Origin: Candidatus Latescibacterota bacterium
Lineage (GTDB): Bacteria; Latescibacterota; UBA2968; UBA8231
DNA length: 64,000 nt
NCBI GenBank assembly: GCA_965208105.1
Contig: OZ242318.1
Span: 4,320,001-4,384,000, forward strand
Direction of reading: 5' to 3'
Shown: piece after piece, positions 10,557 to 19,706 of the stretch
Numbering within the stretch: position 1 is the first letter of the stretch
How the letters are laid out: every line of letters begins with the position of its first letter
The notes under the pieces: model-generated
What the model saw: the letters and a program-made list of their open reading frames with translations, nothing else
The model's database searches: none
What the model was told of the DNA's origin: nothing
Translations under genes and position numbers: made by a program

Positions 10557-10829
10557 TCACTTGAGCCATCGGTTCATTACAGTCCTGAGGGGTTCATCGT
10601 TGAAGACAAGTATCCGATACTTGCCACGCTTCTCTGAGCTTACGAGCCCTGCTTGTTCCAGGAGATCAATGTGCTTGGCCAGAGCCTGTCGGGAGATGGC
10701 GATTTCATGCCGCATGATCAAGCGCGCGGTGAGTTCGTAAAGCGTCTGCTCCTTGCGCTCAGAGAGCTCGTCCAGCATCAACCTCCGTGTTGGGTCAGCG
10801 AGTGCCTTGAAGACCAGGTCTTTGTGCAT
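10557..10829 (-). CDS. ArsR/SmtB family transcriptional regulator
   Basis: VFKALADPTRR, SRQALAKH..LLEQAGLV. Confidence 0.9.
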   Translation of the reverse strand: MHKDLVFKALADPTRRLMLDELSERKEQTLYELTARLIMRHEIAISRQALAKHIDLLEQAGLVSSEKRGKYRILVFNDEPLRTVMNRWLK

Positions 10830-10837
10830 GCGCACAT

Positions 10838-10867
10838 ACAATACGCAACCACAGAGTTGCATGTCAA
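10838..10867 (-). promoter_or_regulatory. ArsR-VOC promoter with overlapping palindromic operator
   Basis: Minus strand TTGACA-18-TATTGT containing ATGCAAC-N6-GTTGCGT. Confidence 0.65.
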
Positions 10868-10989
10868 GGGGCGATCTCCCAGGCTGGAAGGAACCACATG
10901 CCCAGCCATTTGCAGGATTGGGTGAAGAGGAGCCCGTGCTGGCGGCTCTCGCCGCGGCTTGGTGCGAGGGCTCATCGCCACCGGGGCCC

Positions 10990-11188
10990 GCGCCGGGCGG
11001 TACGGCGGGGTGTGCCATCAACGCTCCCTCAGGCCCCGAATTGATCCGGATCCGGGCCGACAGGCAACCAGAATGGACTCCGGGCTCGGTCGAAGGACGG
11101 GCAACCGATCCTCCGGGAGCTGCCTGACCCTGGCGCTACGCCCAGCGCCTTGACCGAGAGTCCAAAAAGGTCCTCATTCTACCTATAC
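10990..11188 (+). mobile_element. IS91/ISCR-like oriIS end, family A copy 2
   Basis: Near-identical to 23570-23770; ends in CCTATAC. Confidence 0.8.
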
Positions 11189-11223
11189 TTCTCACTCAAA
11201 AACCGGAACAGGACGGACCAAAA

Positions 11224-12048
11224 ATGGGAACCTACACAGCTCAGGAAATCCGCGATCGTCTATCCATCTCCACCTTTGTCTTCTGGGGTCATCGGCCCAT
11301 AGACAAGGGAGCGTTTGACGAGCTCAGCCGCCATGGCATCACGCGCATCGAGCTTCTGGAGAGTCCGGAGCAGTTCACCATGAGCGATGTCAGCTCGATG
11401 AAGCTGGTGGGAGAAGCCTGTCGCTCAAGCGGCATCGAGGTCGTGGCTTATCACTGTTTCAGGACAGATTTCAATGATGTCGACACGGAGAGCACGCGGC
11501 TCGAGCGCACCGACAAATGCCGGCGTCAGATCGATACCATGCTGGAGATGGGGGGCACGCTGTGGGGTTCTCACGCCAAGGAAACCAATTCGTTCGTGGT
11601 AAAATCCTATGAAGAGTTGGCCAGGCACATCGAAGGGACGGACGCGGCAATCACCGTAGAGAACACAACCACCGGACCCAACGTCGAAGACCGCATCGAG
11701 TTCCTCGACGCCATGGACCATCCCCAGGTCGGCATGATTCTCGACATCGGCCACGTGCGCAACCAGGAGCGCGTCAATCCGATGACGCTGAAGGGTGGGC
11801 CGACGAAGGTTCTCGAAACCTGCGGCCACCGGCTGCGCCACATCCATCTGCACGGTTTCAAAGAGGGTGCTGACCACCATCCCCCTCTGGTCGAAGGGGA
11901 CGAGATTCAGTGGGCAGAATTGTTCGGAATGCTTCGCAAGGTGGAGTACCCCGGTGCCATCAACTTCGAGCCGCGCCGGCACGATGACGCCATCGAGTAC
12001 ACCGCCCGCGCGCCGGACGGGATTGCGGAGCGGCTGGCAGCTGCTTAA
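11224..12048 (+). CDS. Sugar phosphate isomerase/epimerase TIM barrel
   Basis: ITVEN, LDIGH, HIHLHG, NFEP. Confidence 0.85.
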   Translation: MGTYTAQEIRDRLSISTFVFWGHRPIDKGAFDELSRHGITRIELLESPEQFTMSDVSSMKLVGEACRSSGIEVVAYHCFRTDFNDVDTESTRLERTDKCRRQIDTMLEMGGTLWGSHAKETNSFVVKSYEELARHIEGTDAAITVENTTTGPNVEDRIEFLDAMDHPQVGMILDIGHVRNQERVNPMTLKGGPTKVLETCGHRLRHIHLHGFKEGADHHPPLVEGDEIQWAELFGMLRKVEYPGAINFEPRRHDDAIEYTARAPDGIAERLAAA

Positions 12049-12194
12049 CCGCCTGTCATTGCCCGACGTCGGCCGGGTGCCTGATCTCCGCTAGCCTGTC
12101 GACGTGGATCGGGCCCAGACGAACAGCGTTTTGTCCGGCGATGCGATCTCATCAACGCTGGGTAGTAGTAGTCCTCCCTCTCAGCTTAAAGAAA

Positions 12195-13424
12195 ATGGCA
12201 GAACAAACAGAAGTTGTAATTGTCGGTGGCGGGATATGGGGACTGAGCACCGCCTACCATTTGGCAAAGTTCGGACAAAAAGATATTCTCGTTCTGGAGC
12301 GCAACGATGAAATCGCTGCGGAGACGACGCCCCAAGCTGCAGGGTTCGTCGGTCAAATTCGCCCATCGGTTACTATGTTGCAGGCGATCCGATATGCACT
12401 TGAATTGTTCTCTCAGTTTCCGAAGGAGACCGGACATGACCCCGGTCTGCGTCAGGTCGGGAGCTTGATGGTAGCTCTCACGCCAGAACGGATGGACGCC
12501 TACGCACGTCAAATTGAGCGGTCACACCAGAATGGGATCGAAGCGGATTTTGTTTCCCACGCGGAGATGGCTCGCCTCGCCCCTGAGTTGGATGTGACCA
12601 GGATTGAGGGCGGATATTTCGTCCCCAACGACGGATATGTCGATCCCCAGCAGTGCGCTCGCGCTTATGCCGCCGCAGCGAGGGATTTGGGGGTTCAAAT
12701 CCAACTGAATACACCCGTAACCGGCTTTCGGCAGCACAATGGGGAGATCCTTGGGGTAGAAATAGAAAACGGCTTTATCGGGTCAAACCGCGTCGTGATT
12801 ACCGCGGGACCGTGGGGGGCTGGGCTCGCCAAAGGAGTTGGAACGACTGCGGCGGTGCAACCGATCCGCCATCAACGCGTTCGCACGGTTCCGAGTTCCG
12901 GAATCCCCGACCATCACCCAGCGGTGCGCGTTACCGATGTCAGTTGCTATCTGAGACCTGACAAAGGGGGCTACCTCTACGGGTTCTATGAACCGGAGCC
13001 AGTCAGCATTGATCTGGAAGCGATGCCCCCCAACTTCAGGACGGGGGATATTGAACCACCCGTGGAGGTTATGGCAGAGGCGCAAAGACGGCTTGCCCCA
13101 ACCTTCCCGATTCTGAAAGACTTGGAAATCGCCGAGTATCGACCCGGCATGACCACATTCGCGCCCGACGGTGCTTATCTGATTGGTCCGGTGCCAGGGA
13201 TTGATCGACTCTACTTAGCTACCGGTTGCGCTGCTTTGGGGATTGCCGGCTCCCCTGCCATTGGTCAGTGGCTGGCGAAGTGGATCATTGACGGAGATCC
13301 CGGCGAAGATTTGGCTGTTTTCTCGCACCAGCGGTTCGGGGCTCAAGCTGCCGATCAGGAATGGCTGCGTCGAGAGAGCGAACAATTTTACGCGAACTAT
13401 TACGGTATCCGATCCGATGAATGA
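12195..13424 (+). CDS. FAD-dependent oxidoreductase (DAO/sarcosine oxidase/dimethylglycine dehydrogenase-like)
   Basis: IVGGGIWGLSTAYHLA, TFAPDG..LIG. Confidence 0.9.
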   Translation: MAEQTEVVIVGGGIWGLSTAYHLAKFGQKDILVLERNDEIAAETTPQAAGFVGQIRPSVTMLQAIRYALELFSQFPKETGHDPGLRQVGSLMVALTPERMDAYARQIERSHQNGIEADFVSHAEMARLAPELDVTRIEGGYFVPNDGYVDPQQCARAYAAAARDLGVQIQLNTPVTGFRQHNGEILGVEIENGFIGSNRVVITAGPWGAGLAKGVGTTAAVQPIRHQRVRTVPSSGIPDHHPAVRVTDVSCYLRPDKGGYLYGFYEPEPVSIDLEAMPPNFRTGDIEPPVEVMAEAQRRLAPTFPILKDLEIAEYRPGMTTFAPDGAYLIGPVPGIDRLYLATGCAALGIAGSPAIGQWLAKWIIDGDPGEDLAVFSHQRFGAQAADQEWLRRESEQFYANYYGIRSDE

Positions 13425-13435
13425 GAAGAAGATAA

Positions 13436-14245
13436 ATGCGTTCCAAACTATATGATCTCCCTGAGATCTATGATGTAGCGTTTTCTTGGGATCTTTCTGA
13501 GGAGATTGGCTTTTTCAATCGAGTTTTCAGAACGCACGCGCCATTTCCAGTGCGACAGATTCTTGAACCAGCTTGCGGCACAGGTCGATTTCTAAGGACA
13601 CTGCCTGCTTATGGGTTCCACGTTACTGGCTACGACATCAACCCGACAATGCTCCAATACGCTGAGAACTCAATTGCAGCCGCCGGCTACGAAGGGAGTG
13701 TGCAGACGACACTGGCCGATATGATCTTCGCTGATATACCTGGTCGGTTCGATGCAGCGTTCAATTCGATCAACAGTATTGGACACCTTCACTCGAATGA
13801 TGAAATAATTTCCCATTTGAAAGCTACAGGTTCATCACTCCGCGAAGGCGGAATTTACGTCGTCCATCTGAACTTCGCCCATCAAGGCAAGCTCCCGGAT
13901 GGTAATCGTTGGACGATGGAGCGTAGCGGCATAAGGGTGAAGACTTGGTGGCGAATCCTCAATGAAGACAGAGAATCCAGATTGAGTCACCAAATCGGCT
14001 CGTTTGAAGTCGAAAGGGATGGCAAGATCGATCGTTTTGATGATCGCTATTCTATGAGACTTTGGCTGTTCATTGATTTCGAAGATTTGCTCCGTCGTTC
14101 TGGTCAGTTTGAAATCGCGGCGATCTATGGAGAGGATTTTGGGGAACTGAGACACGACGAGCGCCTGTCAGGGGAACTTGGGAACGTCTATGTGATACTC
14201 CGGAAAACCTGTGCCATCTGGTCTGCCTTTCCCAGCGATCGATAG
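13436..14245 (+). CDS. Class I SAM-dependent methyltransferase
   Basis: ILEPACGTGR, VTGYDINPTML. Confidence 0.85.
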   Translation: MRSKLYDLPEIYDVAFSWDLSEEIGFFNRVFRTHAPFPVRQILEPACGTGRFLRTLPAYGFHVTGYDINPTMLQYAENSIAAAGYEGSVQTTLADMIFADIPGRFDAAFNSINSIGHLHSNDEIISHLKATGSSLREGGIYVVHLNFAHQGKLPDGNRWTMERSGIRVKTWWRILNEDRESRLSHQIGSFEVERDGKIDRFDDRYSMRLWLFIDFEDLLRRSGQFEIAAIYGEDFGELRHDERLSGELGNVYVILRKTCAIWSAFPSDR

Positions 14246-14415
14246 TATCCCCTGACCGGGCGACAGGTGCATCTTCTGAGCGAAGCGGAGCAGGTGGCCG
14301 GAAGAGTGGCCCTGGAATGGGACGGACGCGGCCACGCCGGCGGTCTGGTCGCACCGGGACACTAGTCAGTCAGATCGTTTCTGTAGCCTGCTGGACCCGC
14401 CCTCTCCTGATCCAA

Positions 14416-15291
14416 TCAAATAGCGCTACTTGTCTCCATCACCCCCAACCCTTCCTCCAGTTCCTCGACGCTGGCAAAGGCCACCAAGGTGCAATGCACC
14501 CCTGCGGTCGCCAGCACCCACTGTATAGCCCGCTCGGTGCGCGGCACCAACTCGCCCGGCTCGGCTAGTTCGTGCCACGGGCCTGAGACAATCGGATAGA
14601 CCAGCGGCAGCTCTCCGCGAATGCCTTCCCCCCTGGGCGATAGCTCCTCGACCTTTGACTCGTCCACGGCCGACCAGTCGGTCTGCGTCTTGTCGGCCCA
14701 GCTAAGCCACTGGCCGCCCAAGGCCTTCATGATCAGCACGCCTTTCCCAACCTGCGCTGACGCCGCAATGCCCGGAGCCTGCCAGCGGCAGACGTAGTTG
14801 TAGATGACCAAATCGGCGTCCGCTCCGGGTTCGGGACCGCGCTCGGCATAGGCTTGTTGATCGGCCAGCATGTGCCGAATCAAGCACAGGGCGCGCACTT
14901 TGCCTTTGGCCTTGCACTCGGCGATGCGCTCGGCCAAGCCTTCGTTTTGCAGATAGGCATAGTGTTGTACCCGCAAAATATCGATGGCCTCGCGGCGCAC
15001 ATTGGCGAGGTGCTTGTCGATAGTTCCCTCCACCTCAGCGGCTGCGGGCGCAGCCACCTTGAGCGAGAAGAAGCGGTCGTCCCTCGGACCTTTCAGCTCG
15101 TCCGGAATATGGACCTCGTCGCCGTAGCCCATGTCGAAGAGATTGACGCCCAACTCGGCGGCCTGCAGGTAAATCCGGCGCTTCTCCTCGGGCGGCGGAT
15201 GGCCGTTGACGCCCTCGTAGCGGGCCAACAGCCCACCCAAGCCGATAGTGCTCAGCTCCATGTCCGTTTGTCCAAAGCGACGGTATTCCAC
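14416..15291 (-). CDS. Aldo/keto reductase-like protein
   Basis: EYRRFGQTDMELSTIGLG, GVNLFD, LIMKALGG; GTG start after AAGGAGG. Confidence 0.75.
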   Translation of the reverse strand: MEYRRFGQTDMELSTIGLGGLLARYEGVNGHPPPEEKRRIYLQAAELGVNLFDMGYGDEVHIPDELKGPRDDRFFSLKVAAPAAAEVEGTIDKHLANVRREAIDILRVQHYAYLQNEGLAERIAECKAKGKVRALCLIRHMLADQQAYAERGPEPGADADLVIYNYVCRWQAPGIAASAQVGKGVLIMKALGGQWLSWADKTQTDWSAVDESKVEELSPRGEGIRGELPLVYPIVSGPWHELAEPGELVPRTERAIQWVLATAGVHCTLVAFASVEELEEGLGVMETSSAI

Positions 15292-15409
15292 GATAACCTC
15301 CTTGCGTCCTTGCGATGCGCTCACAGCTTGCTGCGTCCAATATGGCACATTAGTTTCTCCGGCGCGAGAAATTTATCCCATCAGCCTACATCGTCCAAGG
15401 GAGAATGCC

Positions 15410-16006
15410 GTGACCGCCAAAGTCCTCATCATCATCGGCGACGCCACCGAAACCGTCGATACGCTCTATCCCTACCTGCGCGTCCAGGAAGAGGGATTCG
15501 CGCCCGTGGTGGCCGGGCCGGAAGCCCGCCGCTACAACATGGTCCTGCACGAGGTCCCGGCGGAAGGTTGGGACATCACCCGCGAGATTGAGGGCTATAC
15601 AATCCAGGCGGACATCGCCTTCCGCCACGTCGTGCCCGAAGAGTACGTGGGAATCTTTATCTCCGGAGGGCGCGCTCCCGAATACATTCGCGACGACCCT
15701 GACCTGATTCGCATAACCCGCTACTTTTTCGACCGCGACAAGCCCGTAGGCTGCGTCTGCCACGGCGTCGAAATCCCCGCCCGCGCCGGTTGCGTCAAAG
15801 GGCGGCGCATGGCCACCGTGCCCAAGTGCCAATTCGATCTCGAGGTTTGCGGCGGCACCTTTGTCGACGCGCCCTGCGTCGTCGATGGCAACCTCATCAG
15901 CGGCCGCACCTGGCACGACCACGGGCACTACATGAAACACTGGATCAATTTGCTGATCGCCGAGCGCGAGCGCATGGGCGCAAAACAGAAGGCCGTCACC
16001 GGGTGA
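15410..16006 (+). CDS. DJ-1/PfpI family protein
   Basis: SGGRAPEYIR, VCHG, VVDGNLISGRTWHD. Confidence 0.9.
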   Translation: MTAKVLIIIGDATETVDTLYPYLRVQEEGFAPVVAGPEARRYNMVLHEVPAEGWDITREIEGYTIQADIAFRHVVPEEYVGIFISGGRAPEYIRDDPDLIRITRYFFDRDKPVGCVCHGVEIPARAGCVKGRRMATVPKCQFDLEVCGGTFVDAPCVVDGNLISGRTWHDHGHYMKHWINLLIAERERMGAKQKAVTG

Positions 16007-16830
16007 AGCTCTACTACAGCACCTATGGCATGAAGCAACTCGACGTCTTCGAAGCCCTGCCGCGCCTCGCCGACATGGGCTATGAGGGCATGGAAATCGC
16101 CGTTACCCCCGGCTGGCCGACCGAGCCGGCCAAAATGGACGCGGCCGCGCGCAAAAGACTCGCCGACCTCTTCCTCCAGCTCGGCTTCCCCACGCCAGCG
16201 CTAATGGCCCTGCTCTCGCCCTGCGTCGAAGGCGAGGAGCGCGCGGCCGCACTCGCGCAGTTCAGTGCGACCTTTGAACTGAGCCGCTCACTCCGGCTCG
16301 ACGACCGCCCAATGGTCGTCAGCACCACCCTCGGTGACAAACCCGCCTGGGAGACCGGCAAAGACCGCATCGTCGAGCTGGTACTCGAACTGGGCGACAT
16401 GGCCGCCGAATACGACGTCATCGTCGCCATCGAGCCGCATGCCGGCGACGACTTCGAGACGCCGGAAAAGGCCGCCTGGCTCATGCAGCAAACCAATCAT
16501 CCCAACCTCGGCCTCAACTTCGACTACAGCCAATTCTGGGTTGAGGGCATCGACTTGCAGCACTCCATTGACCTGATTCTCCAGTACTCGGTCCACAATC
16601 ACATCAAGGACGGCTATCTCGACGAAGAGGGGCGGGTCCGCTATCTCCTGCCCGGCAGCGGCAAGCTGGACATGAAGGCCTACTACAAGGCCCTGCAAGA
16701 CGCCGGCTGGGACAATTACATCTGCCCGGAGGTCACCGGCCAGATATGGAACGCAGATGGGTACGACGCCTGGAGCACGGCGCAGTTTTGCTACGACGTG
16801 GTGAGCGCGGCGCGGGCGTCTTCAGGCTAA
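16003..16830 (+). CDS. Sugar phosphate isomerase/epimerase TIM barrel
   Basis: AIEPH, NFDYS, HIKD, PGSG; GTGA overlap with the upstream gene. Confidence 0.85.
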   Translation: MKLYYSTYGMKQLDVFEALPRLADMGYEGMEIAVTPGWPTEPAKMDAAARKRLADLFLQLGFPTPALMALLSPCVEGEERAAALAQFSATFELSRSLRLDDRPMVVSTTLGDKPAWETGKDRIVELVLELGDMAAEYDVIVAIEPHAGDDFETPEKAAWLMQQTNHPNLGLNFDYSQFWVEGIDLQHSIDLILQYSVHNHIKDGYLDEEGRVRYLLPGSGKLDMKAYYKALQDAGWDNYICPEVTGQIWNADGYDAWSTAQFCYDVVSAARASSG

Positions 16831-16888
16831 ATGCAGATCAGCCCTCAACCATCGATGATTAACAGCAAGCACACTTCTTAGGCTTCTT

Positions 16889-17731
16889 ATGATTATCGAC
16901 TCTCATACCCACGCTTGGGAATACTGGCCCTACGAGCCGCCCGTGCCCGATCACAACAGCCGCGGCCGGGTTGAGCAACTGCTGTGGGAAATGGACCGCA
17001 ACGGCGTCGATAAGGCCGTGCTGGTCTGCGCTCGCATCGAGCACAATCCCCACAACAACGACTACGTCGCCGACCAAATCCGCGTCTATCCAGATCGCTT
17101 GGTGCAATTCGCCGACGTGGATTGCTCCTGGTCGGCAGAATACCACACCCCGGGAGCGGCCGAGCGGCTCAAAGCGGCCGCGGCAAAGTACCAGCTCAAA
17201 GGCTATACTCACTACCTGAATACCGACACCGAGTGGTTTGCATCAGAGGAAGGGCTCGCGTTTTTCAGCGCCACAGCCGATCTGAACCTGATCGCCAGCC
17301 TGGCTTTGGGGCCGCAGTGGCAGCCGGCGTTGCGCGAGTTGGCTCGGCGCTTTCCGTCGGTGACTTTTCTCTGTCACCACATGGCCGGGGCCAAAGCGCG
17401 CGAGGAAGCGCCGCACCCCAATCTGCAGGAGATTCTGCGCTCGGCCGAGGTGCCCAACATTTACATCAAGCTCTCGGGTTTTCACTATGCTTCGCACGTC
17501 TCGTGGGACTACCCCTACTCGGACACGCACCATGTCGTGCGCCAGCTCTACGAGCACTTCGGCTCCCAAAGGCTGTGCTGGGGCTCGGACTATCCGGTAG
17601 TGCGATCCAATATGACCTACCAGCACGCGCTCGAAGTATTCCGCACGCACTGCACGTTCGTACCAGACGAGCACAAGCGCTTGATCTTGGGGCAGAACCT
17701 GGCCGACCTGCTCGACAAAGCCGGTACCTGA
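16889..17731 (+). CDS. Amidohydrolase_2 family protein
   Basis: IIDSHTH, YIKLSG, WGSDYP. Confidence 0.9.
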   Translation: MIIDSHTHAWEYWPYEPPVPDHNSRGRVEQLLWEMDRNGVDKAVLVCARIEHNPHNNDYVADQIRVYPDRLVQFADVDCSWSAEYHTPGAAERLKAAAAKYQLKGYTHYLNTDTEWFASEEGLAFFSATADLNLIASLALGPQWQPALRELARRFPSVTFLCHHMAGAKAREEAPHPNLQEILRSAEVPNIYIKLSGFHYASHVSWDYPYSDTHHVVRQLYEHFGSQRLCWGSDYPVVRSNMTYQHALEVFRTHCTFVPDEHKRLILGQNLADLLDKAGT

Positions 17732-17808
17732 CCGCAGATGATCATGCTAACGCCCGCATATAGCACGATCCGCCGCTGCTTGCCCAAAGGCTCGTACGCA
17801 TGATGCTA

Positions 17809-17972
17809 AGTGTCCCGTCGCAGAAATATGTCGCCATTATTCCGCCGATCCATCCCGGCTCACGGCGTTGCCTTCACTCGCCGTACACCACAGGTACGAC
17901 TCGCTCAGGCGCCTTGTGAGCCGGGCGCCTCGGCGGCCCAATTTCGTCAACCTATCTCTGCGACGGGACACT
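17809..17972. mobile_element. MITE-like element with 20-bp terminal inverted repeats (IS630-type ends)
   Basis: agtgtcccgtcgcagaaata ... tatctctgcgacgggacact (19/20 match); inner inverted repeat cccggctcac/gtgagccggg. Confidence 0.7.
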
Positions 17973-18003
17973 AGCCCGAGATCTTAAAGTGGATGTCGAG
18001 GTG

Positions 18004-18132
18004 ACGGTGCTCGGAGCATTGGCGAACGATTCGGTGCGACGACCAGCGATTCATCAGGGATTCTACCGGACCATTGACAACGGTTTCGGCGAATTACATA
18101 GTACCGATATCGGTGCCTTATTTTTCCTATAC
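18004..18132 (+). mobile_element. IS91/ISCR-like oriIS end, family B copy 1
   Basis: acggtgctcggagcatt...ttgacaacgg...accgatatcggtgccttatttTTCCTATAC. Confidence 0.8.
18074..18102 (+). promoter_or_regulatory. Outward sigma70-like promoter inside the family B end
   Basis: TTGACA-17-CATAGT, conserved across B copies. Confidence 0.6.
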
Positions 18133-18161
18133 ATCCCCCAACCCACCAGGAGATCGAGGCC

Positions 18162-19634
18162 ATGCTGGAAGTACACAACGCCTTTCCCGTCAACAAAGTC
18201 GACGAAGCGGTCCTGTTTCCATTCGATACCTACAGCATCCCGTTCAGCACCGGGCTGCGGTTGCAGCTGGTGCCGGGAAAGACTCCCTACAACAAGCCCC
18301 CCATCGTACTGCGTACAGGCGAGCCGGGCTCGATCGATGACGAGAAGGTCGTTTTCTACGGCACGGTGATCGATTTCGATGGCGAGCTGCGCATGTGGTA
18401 CCAGGCCAAGAGCAGGCAGGACACGGAAGGGGGCCGCCGCCTGGGTTATGCGGTCAGTCGGGATGGGTACAATTGGGAACGACCGAACCTGGGTTTGATC
18501 GAGTTCAACGGCAACAAAAACAACAACATCGTCGACCTGTTCGACGGCAATCCCTGTCTGACCAGCGCGCCGGTGCTCTACGATCCGGACGACCCCGATC
18601 CCAACCGCCGCTTCAAGATGTGCATCGAGGCCAGCCAGTTCGTCAACAGCCTGGCGGTGGCCTACAGCCCCGACGGCTTGCGCTGGACGGAATCGCCCAA
18701 CAACCCGGTGGGTCCGGCCCAGGAGACTGGTAGCGTGGTCAAACACAACGGCTGTTATTACGTCACCTCCCAGGACGAGCTGGGCTACCACGGATCCCAC
18801 TTCGGCATCACCCGCAAGATGGTCACCTTCGCCTCCTACGACTTCGAGACCTGGACCCAGGCTTCCTGTCTCAGTTTCCGCCGCGACGACGTGCCGCCGC
18901 GGCGCATGGAGCCGCACCACAACATGGCCGAGGAAGCCCATCAGGGCGCGATGTTGCAGAGCCGGGGCAATGTGATCATCGGGTGCTACGACATGTGGCA
19001 CGGCAACCCGATGGGCGAGCAGAACCGCATCGACATGGACCTGGGCCTGGTGGTCTCCAACGATGCCATGCACTATCGCGAGCCGATTCCCGACTTCAAG
19101 TTTATCCCCGCCGCGGTCGAGCTGGAGCAACCCGATGGGATGGGCCGGGCGCTCACCCATGCCCACGGGCCGGCGATGGTCAACCGGGGCGACCGGACCC
19201 TGATGTGGTACGGGATGTTCTTCGGCAGCGACGTGCGCTGCGCCAGCTGGCACCTGGACCGGCTCGGCTGCTTCGAGACCTTCGACGAGATCATCTTCGG
19301 CGAGGGGGAGTTCTTTCCGATCACGCGGCCGAAGCCCCACTTCATAAGCTGCCCCATGCGCGGCGACGGTCCGCAGAAGGTGTTCGCCAATGCCGATCTG
19401 ACCGAGCACTGTCCGGTGACGGTGGAGGTGCTGGGCGAGGGGTTCCATCCGCTGCCGGGGTACTCCGGGGATGCTTGTGTACCGCTGAGCGAGGATGGTT
19501 TCCGGTTGCCGGTGCGCTGGAAGGAAAGGGATGAGCTGCCAGCGGGGGAGACGTTCCGCCTGCAGGTGAACTACGGCAACGGGCTGCGGCCGGAGGATGC
19601 CAAGGTCTACGCGCTGTACGTGGCGAAGGAGTAG
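18162..19634 (+). CDS. Hypothetical beta-propeller glycoside-hydrolase-like protein; paralog of 60044-61558
   Basis: AVLFPFD, YAVSRDG..W, DPDPNRRFKM, DLGLVVS.DAMH. Confidence 0.7.
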   Translation: MLEVHNAFPVNKVDEAVLFPFDTYSIPFSTGLRLQLVPGKTPYNKPPIVLRTGEPGSIDDEKVVFYGTVIDFDGELRMWYQAKSRQDTEGGRRLGYAVSRDGYNWERPNLGLIEFNGNKNNNIVDLFDGNPCLTSAPVLYDPDDPDPNRRFKMCIEASQFVNSLAVAYSPDGLRWTESPNNPVGPAQETGSVVKHNGCYYVTSQDELGYHGSHFGITRKMVTFASYDFETWTQASCLSFRRDDVPPRRMEPHHNMAEEAHQGAMLQSRGNVIIGCYDMWHGNPMGEQNRIDMDLGLVVSNDAMHYREPIPDFKFIPAAVELEQPDGMGRALTHAHGPAMVNRGDRTLMWYGMFFGSDVRCASWHLDRLGCFETFDEIIFGEGEFFPITRPKPHFISCPMRGDGPQKVFANADLTEHCPVTVEVLGEGFHPLPGYSGDACVPLSEDGFRLPVRWKERDELPAGETFRLQVNYGNGLRPEDAKVYALYVAKE

Positions 19635-19706
19635 CGGGCTTTTTCCGGAATAGGACAGGATTGATCGCCCCGGTGCCTGGAGCAATCCGTCGAAAGGAGG
19701 ATCGCC

